Positions 1 through 7,796 of a stretch of DNA of 64,000 nt are shown here, piece after piece. Both the position numbers and the translations under genes were made by a program. Origin of the DNA: Candidatus Eiseniibacteriota bacterium (GTDB lineage: Bacteria > Eisenbacteria > RBG-16-71-46 > CAZAMP01); assembly GCA_965224245.1 (NCBI GenBank), contig OZ245046.1:6048001-6112000 (forward strand). Direction: 5' to 3'. The notes under the pieces are model-generated. The model ran no database searches. It saw only the letters and a program-made list of their open reading frames with translations, and was not told where the DNA came from. Position 1 is the first letter of the stretch. Each line of letters begins with the position of its first letter.

Positions 1-463
1 CGAGCTTGCCCCGGAGCACGGGGTTCGCACGGATCTGCTCCAGGATGCGCTGCGCGTCCTCGCGGGTCTCGGGCACCTCGTCCATCAGGCGCTGGACGCG
101 GATGCCGCCGCCGGGCTCGGGCAGGATGTCGTCGACCTCGGTGGGGGCCAGGATGTCGTCGACGATCACGCCGTCCATGTCGTAGAGGGCGTCGGTGATC
201 CTGGCCGCCCGGGCCAGGATCTCGGGCGTGAACACGGTCTCGTCGTGCACGATGCCCACGACGAGGAAATCGCGGAGGCCGAAGTTCTCCTTGATCTCCC
301 GGTGCATGACCCGGACCTCCTCGTCGGCCGGAAGCATGTTCTCGGGATCGGTGTCGATCTTGATCTTCGGTAGCTGCAGGCCCGCCACGATCGTCAACAG
401 AACCACGATCGCCATGACGAGCTTCGGATGCTCGATCGACGGCTTCAGAAACAGCTGTTTCAT
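1..463 (-). CDS. MMPL/RND-family transporter, N-terminal part (runs off left edge)
   Basis: Manual translation from ATG 463 (SD GGAGAG): MKQLFLKPSIEHPKLVMAIVVLLTIVAGLQLPKIKIDTDPENMLPADE..., the typical MMPL/RND start (TM helix then IDTDPENMLP). Confidence 0.8.
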   Translation of the reverse strand, partial: MKQLFLKPSIEHPKLVMAIVVLLTIVAGLQLPKIKIDTDPENMLPADEEVRVMHREIKENFGLRDFLVVGIVHDETVFTPEILARAARITDALYDMDGVIVDDILAPTEVDDILPEPGGGIRVQRLMDEVPETREDAQRILEQIRANPVLRGKL

Positions 464-674
464 GTGAACTCTCCGGTAACGGTCCTCGAGCAGTCGGGAC
501 GGTGCTCCGAACCTGCCGTCGCTCGTATTTGTGTTCTGAGTGATATTGACATATGATCACTCAGTCGTCGACGCAGTTGGCTGCATGAAATTATCGACTG
601 CATAGTTATATAGGCACACAGTTGTCTTTGTCAAGTGCGATCGAACGGCCGATCTCGACATAGGTGGTAAAGCC

Positions 675-1016
675 TTGCAGTACAGAAGTTTAGCCTTGAT
701 CGCGGAGCGCTTTCGGGTCCTCGGGGACCCGCTCCGGCTGCAGATCCTGCACGTTCTCGGCGGGGACGAACGCACCGTGGGCGACCTCGTGGAAGCGGTC
801 GAGGCCAGTCAGGCCAACGTGTCGAAGCACCTTCAGGTCCTCCGGAAGGCGGGGCTCGTCGAGCGCCGCCGCCAGGGGCTCCACGCGTACTATCGCGTCA
901 CCGATGCCTCCATCTTCCAGCTCTGCGACCTCGTGTGCGGCCGGATGAGCCAGCAGTTCGAGGACGAGCTCGAGGCGATCCGTGGGCTCCATCCCCCGTC
1001 GGCGGGAGACGACTGA
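675..1016 (+). CDS. ArsR/SmtB-family transcriptional regulator
   Basis: FRVLGDPLRLQIL...SQANVSKHLQVLRKAGLVERRRQG winged-HTH signature; TTG start; divergent from the transporter. Confidence 0.9.
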   Translation: MQYRSLALIAERFRVLGDPLRLQILHVLGGDERTVGDLVEAVEASQANVSKHLQVLRKAGLVERRRQGLHAYYRVTDASIFQLCDLVCGRMSQQFEDELEAIRGLHPPSAGDD

Positions 1017-1129
1017 GCGCTCGGCATCGGCGATCGCGACGGCCGTGGCGCTCCCGGCGCGAGGAGGCCGAAGCGGTTTCCCAGCACGTTTAGCAGCGAA
1101 CGGGATGTGATTCCAGAGGAGATCCGATC

Positions 1130-1552
1130 ATGGCGAGCTACGGCTGGTCGACCATCATCACCGGTCGCACCTTCGACGAGACGATCACCGACGTCGTCGA
1201 TGCCCTCGGCGCCGAGGGCTTCGGCGTCCTGACCGAGATCGACGTGCGCGAGACGATGAAGAACAAGCTCGGCATCGAGTTCAGGCGCTACCGGATTCTG
1301 GGCGCCTGCAATCCCCACCTCGCGCACGCCGCCCTCGTCGCCGATCCGATGGTCGGGCTGCTGATGCCCTGCAACGTCGTCGTCCAGGAGACCGAGGACG
1401 GGGACGTCGAGGTGGATGCCGTCGACCCGCGCGCGATGTTCTCGCTGATGGAACGAGCCGACGATCCGGCCTTCGAGACGCTCGCCGGCGAGGCCGTGGA
1501 GCGGCTCCGCCGCGTGCTCGACACCGTCGCGGGCCGGGCGAGCGTGGGCTAG
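1130..1552 (+). CDS. DUF302 domain protein
   Basis: GFGVLTEIDV...YRILGACNP...GLLMPCNVVV motifs. Confidence 0.9.
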   Translation: MASYGWSTIITGRTFDETITDVVDALGAEGFGVLTEIDVRETMKNKLGIEFRRYRILGACNPHLAHAALVADPMVGLLMPCNVVVQETEDGDVEVDAVDPRAMFSLMERADDPAFETLAGEAVERLRRVLDTVAGRASVG

Positions 1553-1728
1553 GGGCGGCAGCCGATCCGTGCCCGGCGGACCCGGCGGGGTCGGAAAGCG
1601 CAACCGAGCTCCATCTGGTGCGGTATGCTCGCCAGCGGGTGGACCGTCGACACCGGGACGGCCAAAGGCGCCACGCCTGAATCCCCAGAGAACTCCACCG
1701 GTGGCCTGGCCTCGGCCGGAGAGCTGCA

Positions 1729-1749
1729 ATGAGAGACACCGCGCCCTAG
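1729..1749 (+). promoter_or_regulatory. Candidate leader uORF (MRDTAP*) upstream of ABC-F gene
   Basis: GGAGAG SD at 1718-1723, then ATG AGA GAC ACC GCG CCC TAG. Confidence 0.5.
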
Positions 1750-1911
1750 CCGACTCGCGACGCCCCCAGCGCCCTGCGAGACCCCGATCGGGCCGCCCGT
1801 CAGCGATGGCCGTCACCGGTCCGATCCGATCCCGACGCGAGTCGTGCAACGTCGTCCGGACGCGCCACACCGGTGCGTCCCGTTCCACGATCTCGGCGAA
1901 GGGAGCGCGCG

Positions 1912-3504
1912 GTGTCCCGCATCCAGCTGTCGAATCTGTCATTCCACTACCAGCAGCCCTACGTCCAGGTCTTCGAGCGCGTCTCGATCGAGATCGACTC
2001 GCGATGGCGAACCGGCGTCGTCGGCCGCAACGGGACGGGCAAGAGCACGCTCCTGGGCCTGATCTCGGGCCGGCTCGAGCCGACGGGCGGATCGATCGAG
2101 CGGCCGCCCGGGACGGTGACGTTTCCGTACGCGCCTCCGGATGCGGCGGCAACGGCGCGCCGGGTGGTGCTCGACGCGGCGGGCCCGTACCGCCGGCTCG
2201 AGGAGACGATGGAGCGCACGTCGAGCCGGCGTGACCCGGCCGGTGTCGCCGCGTTCGGCGCGGCGCTCGAGGAGTACCAGCGGCGCGGCGGCTACGAGAT
2301 CGAGGCCCGCATCGAGCGAGAGTGTCACGCGCTCGGGCTGGACTCGTGCACGCTGGATCGGCCGTTCGTGACGCTGAGCGGTGGCGAGCGGACGCGCGCG
2401 CTGATCGCCGCGCTCTTTCTGCGCGAGGGCGTGTTCCCGCTCATCGACGAGCCCACGAACCACCTGGACGTCGAGGGACGCGAAAGGCTCGGCGACTACC
2501 TCTCACGGCAACGCGGGTTCGTGCTCGTCTCGCACGATCGGCATCTCCTGGATCGCGCGGTGGATCACATCGTGGCCATCAATCGAGCCGACGTCGCCGT
2601 GCACCAGACCGACTACTCGGGGTGGCGCCGGCAGATGGAGCTCTCCGAGCTCCACGAGCAACGCCGGCACGAGAACCTGACGCGGGAGGTCGCGCAGCTC
2701 GAGGTCGCCGCGCGCAAGCGGCGCACCTGGTCGCATCGAAAGGAGCAGGAGAAGCGAGGCGCGTACGACAAGGGGCGCATCGGTCATCTGGCCGCGCGTC
2801 AGATGAAGCGGGCGCTCCACATCGAGCGACGGCGCCACCGAGATCTGGAGGAGCGAAAGGCGCTCCTGCGCAACGCCGAGAAGGAGCGCACGCTGCGGCT
2901 CCGCGAGGAGGCCGGCGGGCCCCGGACGCTGTTGCAGGTGCAGGACCTCGAGGTCGTGCTGGGCGGCCGCACCGTGCTCGAGAGGATCTCCCTGTCGATC
3001 CAGAAGGGGGAGCGGGTGGCCGTGGTGGGGCCGAACGGCTGCGGCAAGACGGTGCTCGTCCGCGCGATCGCGGGTGAGCTGACCCCGAGCAGCGGGATCG
3101 TGCGCCGCCGGTCTCACGTGACGATCTCGCGCGCGTACCAGGAGCCACTCTGGCAGTCGGGGTACCTGCGCGATCACCTTCGCGACGCGGGGCTGGACGA
3201 GGTCGTGTTCCGGCGCGTCATGGGATCGCTGCACGTGACCGGTGACGTCTTCGAGCGACCGCTGGAGACGTTCAGCCTCGGCCAGCGCAAGAAGGTCGAC
3301 CTGTGCCGGTCGTTCGCGGGGACCGCGCATCTCTTCGTGTGGGACGAGCCGCTGAACGAGATCGACATCGCCACCCGCGAGGCGATCGAGTCCGCGATCC
3401 TGACCCACGAGCCGACGCTGCTGGTGGTGGAGCACGACCGGCGGTTCGTCGAGCGCGTGGCCACGCGGGTGCTGCGCCTCCCCGGCGAGAACGGGCGCGC
3501 GTGA
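1912..3504 (+). CDS. ABC-F ATPase, Lsa-like ribosomal protection protein
   Basis: Two ABC domains (GRNGTGKST, LSGGE, IDEPTNHLD; GPNGCGKT, FSLGQ, WDEPLN), no TM helices; N-terminus and interdomain linker resemble Lsa; GTG 1912 after GAAGGGAG. Confidence 0.85.
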   Translation: MSRIQLSNLSFHYQQPYVQVFERVSIEIDSRWRTGVVGRNGTGKSTLLGLISGRLEPTGGSIERPPGTVTFPYAPPDAAATARRVVLDAAGPYRRLEETMERTSSRRDPAGVAAFGAALEEYQRRGGYEIEARIERECHALGLDSCTLDRPFVTLSGGERTRALIAALFLREGVFPLIDEPTNHLDVEGRERLGDYLSRQRGFVLVSHDRHLLDRAVDHIVAINRADVAVHQTDYSGWRRQMELSELHEQRRHENLTREVAQLEVAARKRRTWSHRKEQEKRGAYDKGRIGHLAARQMKRALHIERRRHRDLEERKALLRNAEKERTLRLREEAGGPRTLLQVQDLEVVLGGRTVLERISLSIQKGERVAVVGPNGCGKTVLVRAIAGELTPSSGIVRRRSHVTISRAYQEPLWQSGYLRDHLRDAGLDEVVFRRVMGSLHVTGDVFERPLETFSLGQRKKVDLCRSFAGTAHLFVWDEPLNEIDIATREAIESAILTHEPTLLVVEHDRRFVERVATRVLRLPGENGRA

Positions 3505-3527
3505 TACCATCGGTGCTGGGAGGTGTC

Positions 3528-5483
3528 ATGACGCGCGCACCCGGGATCGTGTCGGCGGTGGGATCGATGGGGCTGGTGATCGCTGCGTGGGCGTCGATCG
3601 CCGAACCCTCGCCGCCGGACGGGTCCGCCGGAGGAGCGGCCCCGGTGCCGCTCGGGCTCCGCCTGTCCGTGGATCCGCCCGACGTGCTCACCCTCGTTCC
3701 CGGCCGCCGCTACACGATCGGTACGCTGAGCCTGGAGGCGTTCGTCGACGGACCCGACGACCACGGCGTCGCGGACCTCGCCGCCGAGGGGCTGTTCGCG
3801 GGTCTGGACTGGAGCGGGCTCGAGCTTCGCCGCGACGACGTGCGCCCGGCCGACGACGCGTGGATCCGCGAGCGCATCTACACGCGGGCCACCTGGATGC
3901 TGGTCGAGCAGTCGATCGCGGTGTCCGTTCTCGACACGGACGGGGACGTCCTCGACGGACCGGTCACGTACCGGCTCGGCGCGGGTCGCTACGTCGACGA
4001 TGGCGACGCGTTCGCGATTCGCCGCGCGTCGGCGATCCAGACCGCGACCGGCTGTCCGGACGACGACGACTGCACCGGCGCGACGTTCCGTCAGGAGGCG
4101 TTCCTCCAGGCGCGCAATCCCGTGGACGACGCACCCGCCTCGTTTCTGATCGACGAGCGCGCGGCCACGTTGCGCGTCGTCTGGAGCGTGCGCTCCGACC
4201 ACGCGATCGACGTTCCGCTGGCGTTCGAGGCGTCGCCCGCGCACGCGTACGGGTTCTCGGTCGAGATGACGCCGCTCGACGAGGCGGCCGACGGGCAGGT
4301 CGCCCCCGGCGACGCCGTCTCGTTTCGGCTGACGTTCCGCGACGGGGCGGGGAAACGTCTCCACGACGAGGGCATGCTCCCGACGTACCGGGACTTCCTC
4401 GAGGGACGATCGGCCGGGCTCGTCTACTTCGACTTCGATCAGGGCGTGCTCTTCTACGACGACAAGAACGCCGAGGGTGTGCTGCTCACGGCGCTCGGCG
4501 GCCCGCGCGGTCGCCTCCGCCAGGTCTACTCCGAGCTCACCACGCCGGAGTTCCTGGAGCGAAACCAGGTCGTGGCCGACCCGAAGACCGACGGCTACTA
4601 CGCCGAGTGGCAGCTCGTCCCGCCGGGCGACGTGCTGTTCGGCGGCGCGTTCGGGGACCCCGCGCTCTGGGACACGCCGATCTCGGACGTGGTGACGTTT
4701 CACGTGCCCGGGGACGCCGAGCCGGGAGAGTACGTCGCGGTGGCCAAGGCCCGGCGGGAGTACCTCGGAGAAGTGCGACTCGCATCGGTCGTCACGACGC
4801 TGGCCGTCGGCGACGGAGAGATCGAGAACGCGCCCTGGGTCGGCAAGTGCGAGACCTGTCACACCGACGCCCTCGATCTCTCGCGCGTCTTGCACACGGT
4901 GTCCGACACCGACGCGTGCGATCTCTGCCACGTGCCGCTGGACTTCGAGCCGGACAACATGCTCGCGTATCGGATGCACTACGTACACTACTTCTCCGAT
5001 CGCTACGACCAGCCGAAGGACCGATGCATCGCCTGCCACGAGGTGCCCGCGAGCATCCAGCGCCCCAGCTACCTCGTGTGCCTGGCCTGCCATCTCGAGT
5101 ATCACGGCGGGGCCGAGGAGTTCGGGCAGTACGGCACCTGCGCCGACACGCGCTACTGCCACCCCGACCACAACTTCCCGTGGATCGAGCCCTTCGAGGT
5201 GGCGCCGCCGCCGTTCGGGGCCTCGCCGTACCCGAACCCGTTCAATCCCTGGGTGACGATTCCGTACCGGGTGGCCGGGGAAGGGGAGGTCCGGATCCGG
5301 ATCTACGACGCCCGGGGACGGCTCGTACGCGCGTTCGACGCGAGCGGGGAGACCCCGGGCGAGCACGAGGTCGTCTGGGACGGGACCGACACCGGTGGGG
5401 TCGAGGTGGCCTCGGGGTCGTACGTCGTCTCCATCCGTACGGCCGGGACGGAGCAGACGCGGCAGCTGCGGCTCATCCGCTAA
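3528..5483 (+). CDS. Secreted multiheme cytochrome c (MtrC/OmcA-like heme module) with C-terminal FlgD-Ig/T9SS-like domain
   Basis: SD GGAGGT and ATG 3528; signal peptide; CETCH, CDLCH, CIACH, CLACH and CADTRYCH; tail PYPNPFNP...IRIYDARGRLVR...VVWDG. Confidence 0.8.
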   Translation: MTRAPGIVSAVGSMGLVIAAWASIAEPSPPDGSAGGAAPVPLGLRLSVDPPDVLTLVPGRRYTIGTLSLEAFVDGPDDHGVADLAAEGLFAGLDWSGLELRRDDVRPADDAWIRERIYTRATWMLVEQSIAVSVLDTDGDVLDGPVTYRLGAGRYVDDGDAFAIRRASAIQTATGCPDDDDCTGATFRQEAFLQARNPVDDAPASFLIDERAATLRVVWSVRSDHAIDVPLAFEASPAHAYGFSVEMTPLDEAADGQVAPGDAVSFRLTFRDGAGKRLHDEGMLPTYRDFLEGRSAGLVYFDFDQGVLFYDDKNAEGVLLTALGGPRGRLRQVYSELTTPEFLERNQVVADPKTDGYYAEWQLVPPGDVLFGGAFGDPALWDTPISDVVTFHVPGDAEPGEYVAVAKARREYLGEVRLASVVTTLAVGDGEIENAPWVGKCETCHTDALDLSRVLHTVSDTDACDLCHVPLDFEPDNMLAYRMHYVHYFSDRYDQPKDRCIACHEVPASIQRPSYLVCLACHLEYHGGAEEFGQYGTCADTRYCHPDHNFPWIEPFEVAPPPFGASPYPNPFNPWVTIPYRVAGEGEVRIRIYDARGRLVRAFDASGETPGEHEVVWDGTDTGGVEVASGSYVVSIRTAGTEQTRQLRLIR

Positions 5484-5494
5484 CAGAAGCCGAG

Positions 5495-6022
5495 CTACCG
5501 GTAAACGCTCTTGATCGTCGTCCACGACGCCGGTGCCACGGGGACGTCCTTGCACATGGGGTCCAGGGCCGTACGGGCACCGTCGAACTCGGTCTGGCTG
5601 CAGTAGGGCTGAACGTCCACGCAATCCCCGACGAACGTGAGTTCGAAGTCCTCCGTCCCGGCCAGGACGTCACCCACCCGGACCGCGCTCAGCGTGTAGT
5701 CGTACATGGCGGTACACCCCGGGAAGGGCTCGATCTCCCAGGTGCAGGTCATCTCCATGCTGTCGTCGGTGACGACGCCGTCGCACACGTAGGGGTATGC
5801 GAGGCCCTGGTTGAAGCGGGCGGGCTCGCCGCTGCACATCCGCGAGGGACCATTGAACGGGGTGGTATCGCCGCTGCCGCACTCGCGCTCGACGAAGTCG
5901 ACGTCCCAGACGCCCTCCCAGGCGTCGGTGAAGACCGGGTCCGCGGCGCGGGCACCCGGGAGGACCAGGCTCTGGGCCACGATCACGAGACCGAGGGACG
6001 CGACGCGACGCGAGCGAGACAT
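5495..6022 (-). CDS. Secreted Cys-rich protein with C-terminal PVAPASWTTIKSVYR tag
   Basis: SD AGGAGGT and ATG 6022; signal peptide ending ARA; tag at the C-terminus. Confidence 0.75.
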   Translation of the reverse strand: MSRSRRVASLGLVIVAQSLVLPGARAADPVFTDAWEGVWDVDFVERECGSGDTTPFNGPSRMCSGEPARFNQGLAYPYVCDGVVTDDSMEMTCTWEIEPFPGCTAMYDYTLSAVRVGDVLAGTEDFELTFVGDCVDVQPYCSQTEFDGARTALDPMCKDVPVAPASWTTIKSVYR

Positions 6023-6431
6023 GGACACCTCCTGGGGTGGGTCAGGATGACGGGAGCCTAACATATCGTTCATGTGCCGGCTCTCCGGGGGCGTGTTTGG
6101 ATGATGGCGTCGACTGATCGGGCGACCCCGGTCTCGCTCCGCCCGGTGTGGGGGCATCGGGTGTCGCAGCCGCCGAGGCGAGCCGGCACGCGGTGCCTGT
6201 ACCGGCCCTCGCCGCGCAGCGCGCTGTGCTCCCATCTCATGCAAAAACAGTGACTTATGTCGAGGATGGGCGTGACGCGATCGAGACCGGTGGCGTGCGG
6301 CCCGCCGCTCTCGCGGTATCGTCCGCGGCCGGTCGATGGGCCGGGCGTCGTCCATGTCGACGCGTCTCCCGGGGGGCGATCGCGGGGGCCGAGGAGCCCT
6401 CCTCCCGGTGCACGGAACGGCGGTTTTGGTG

Positions 6432-6461
6432 TTGACCCGCCAACTCGCGCTTCGATAGACT
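6432..6461 (+). promoter_or_regulatory. sigma70-type promoter of the ribosomal superoperon
   Basis: TTGACC-N18-TAGACT upstream of rpsL. Confidence 0.7.
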
Positions 6462-6485
6462 CCTCGCCCGTTGCTCAGACACCTT

Positions 6486-6513
6486 CCGGGTCCCGGCGGG
6501 GCCCGGTTCTTTT
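6486..6513 (+). terminator. Terminator-like hairpin in the rpsL leader (possible attenuator)
   Basis: CCGGGTCCC-GGC-GGGGCCCGG followed by TTCTTTT. Confidence 0.5.
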
Positions 6514-6547
6514 GTCACGCGCATTTAGCGCAGGGAGATATCGGTCT

Positions 6548-6919
6548 GTGCCTACCCTGAACCAGTTGGTCCGAAAAGGCCGTCAGCGCCAGCTCAAGAA
6601 GACGACGGCACCCGCGCTGAAGTCGTGCCCCCAGAAGCGGGGTGTGTGCACGCGCGTGTATACGAGCACCCCCAAGAAGCCGAACTCGGCGCTTCGGAAG
6701 GTCGCTCGCGTCCGTCTGACCAACGGGATCGAGGTCACCGCGTACATTCCGGGCGAAGGCCACAACCTGCAGGAGCACGCGATCGTGCTCATCCGCGGGG
6801 GCCGCGTGAAGGATCTCCCCGGTGTGCGCTATCACATCATCCGAGGCACCCTGGACGCTTCCGGCGTCGAGGGGCGCAATCAGGGTCGTTCGAAGTACGG
6901 CACCAAGAAGCCGAAGTAG
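6548..6919 (+). CDS. rpsL: 30S ribosomal protein S12
   Basis: [12 protein letters not shown]...[11 protein letters not shown]...[14 protein letters not shown] start. Confidence 0.98.
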   Translation: MPTLNQLVRKGRQRQLKKTTAPALKSCPQKRGVCTRVYTSTPKKPNSALRKVARVRLTNGIEVTAYIPGEGHNLQEHAIVLIRGGRVKDLPGVRYHIIRGTLDASGVEGRNQGRSKYGTKKPK

Positions 6920-6943
6920 CCGATCTAGGAGCCTGGAAACGAT

Positions 6944-7414
6944 ATGCCGCGACGCAAAGCCGCCGTCAAACGCGAGATCCTGCCGGATCCGAAGTATGGC
7001 AACGTCCTCGTCTCCCGATTCGTCAACGCGCTGATGCAGGGCGGCAAGAAGAGCGTGGCCGAGAAGATCCTGTACTCGTCGATGGATCTGATCCAGTCGC
7101 GTAGCGATCAGGATGGTCTCGAGATCCTGAAGAAGGCCGTCAACAACGTGAAGCCGGCCGTCGAGGTCAAGAGCCGCCGCGTGGGTGGCGCCACCTATCA
7201 GGTTCCGGTGGAGATCCGTCCCGAGCGGCGCCTGGCGCTCTCGCTGCGCTGGCTGATCGGCTACGCGAAGGACCGGCCCGAGAAGACGATGGCCGAGCGC
7301 CTCGGCGCCGAGCTCCTGGCCGCCTCCAAGAACGAGGGTGCGGCGGTGAAGAAGCGCGAGGACACGCATCGCATGGCCGAGGCCAACAAGGCGTTCGCAC
7401 ACTACCGCTGGTAA
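6944..7414 (+). CDS. rpsG: 30S ribosomal protein S7
   Basis: MPRRK...[11 protein letters not shown]...[12 protein letters not shown]. Confidence 0.98.
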   Translation: MPRRKAAVKREILPDPKYGNVLVSRFVNALMQGGKKSVAEKILYSSMDLIQSRSDQDGLEILKKAVNNVKPAVEVKSRRVGGATYQVPVEIRPERRLALSLRWLIGYAKDRPEKTMAERLGAELLAASKNEGAAVKKREDTHRMAEANKAFAHYRW

Positions 7415-7460
7415 CGGCGGATCGATCTTGGGGGGCCGCGCATGCGCGCCGGCCCCCACA

Positions 7461-7600
7461 CCGACAGGGGTGAGGCACCCCTAAGACAGCTCTCGGATGG
7501 CGATGGCTCCCGAGCCCCGTGCTTCGACGCGCGGAGAGGTGAGGGCGCACACTATCGGACCCATCCTCTTTGGGAAGCCACCGAGAGCGGCAGCACGCCG
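7461..7600 (+). ncRNA. Candidate structured RNA between rpsG and fusA
   Basis: Nested stems AGGGGTG/CACCCCT, GCTCTCGG/CCGAGAGC, TGGCTCCCGAG/TTTGGGAAGCCA, CCGTGC/GCGCGG and AGAGG/CCTCT within a roughly 380-nt non-coding gap. Confidence 0.6.
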
Positions 7601-7796
7601 GCGACGGGACGTCGCTGGGCCGCATGGGCGGGCCGGGGTGACTGCCGGCGCACAGGCGCGGGTCCGGAGAACATAGCGCTCGAGGCGAGGGTCGCCTCGG
7701 GAGTCGTAGCAACTCCGTCTCAGAACGGCGACACGCGAGACACGTTTCGCAGTACCGCCATGCGCGGATGGGCGAAGTGTGTCGGAGGTTTCATTG

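Noticed and set aside
7461-7600. tRNA, 5S rRNA, SRP or 6S identity for the structured element
   Set aside because: No cloverleaf, no SRP GGAA-tetraloop domain, and no 5S or 6S consensus that I can recognise.
7442-7796. Protein-coding gene in the rpsG-fusA gap
   Set aside because: The ORF has no SD, runs out of frame into fusA and has no recognisable content.
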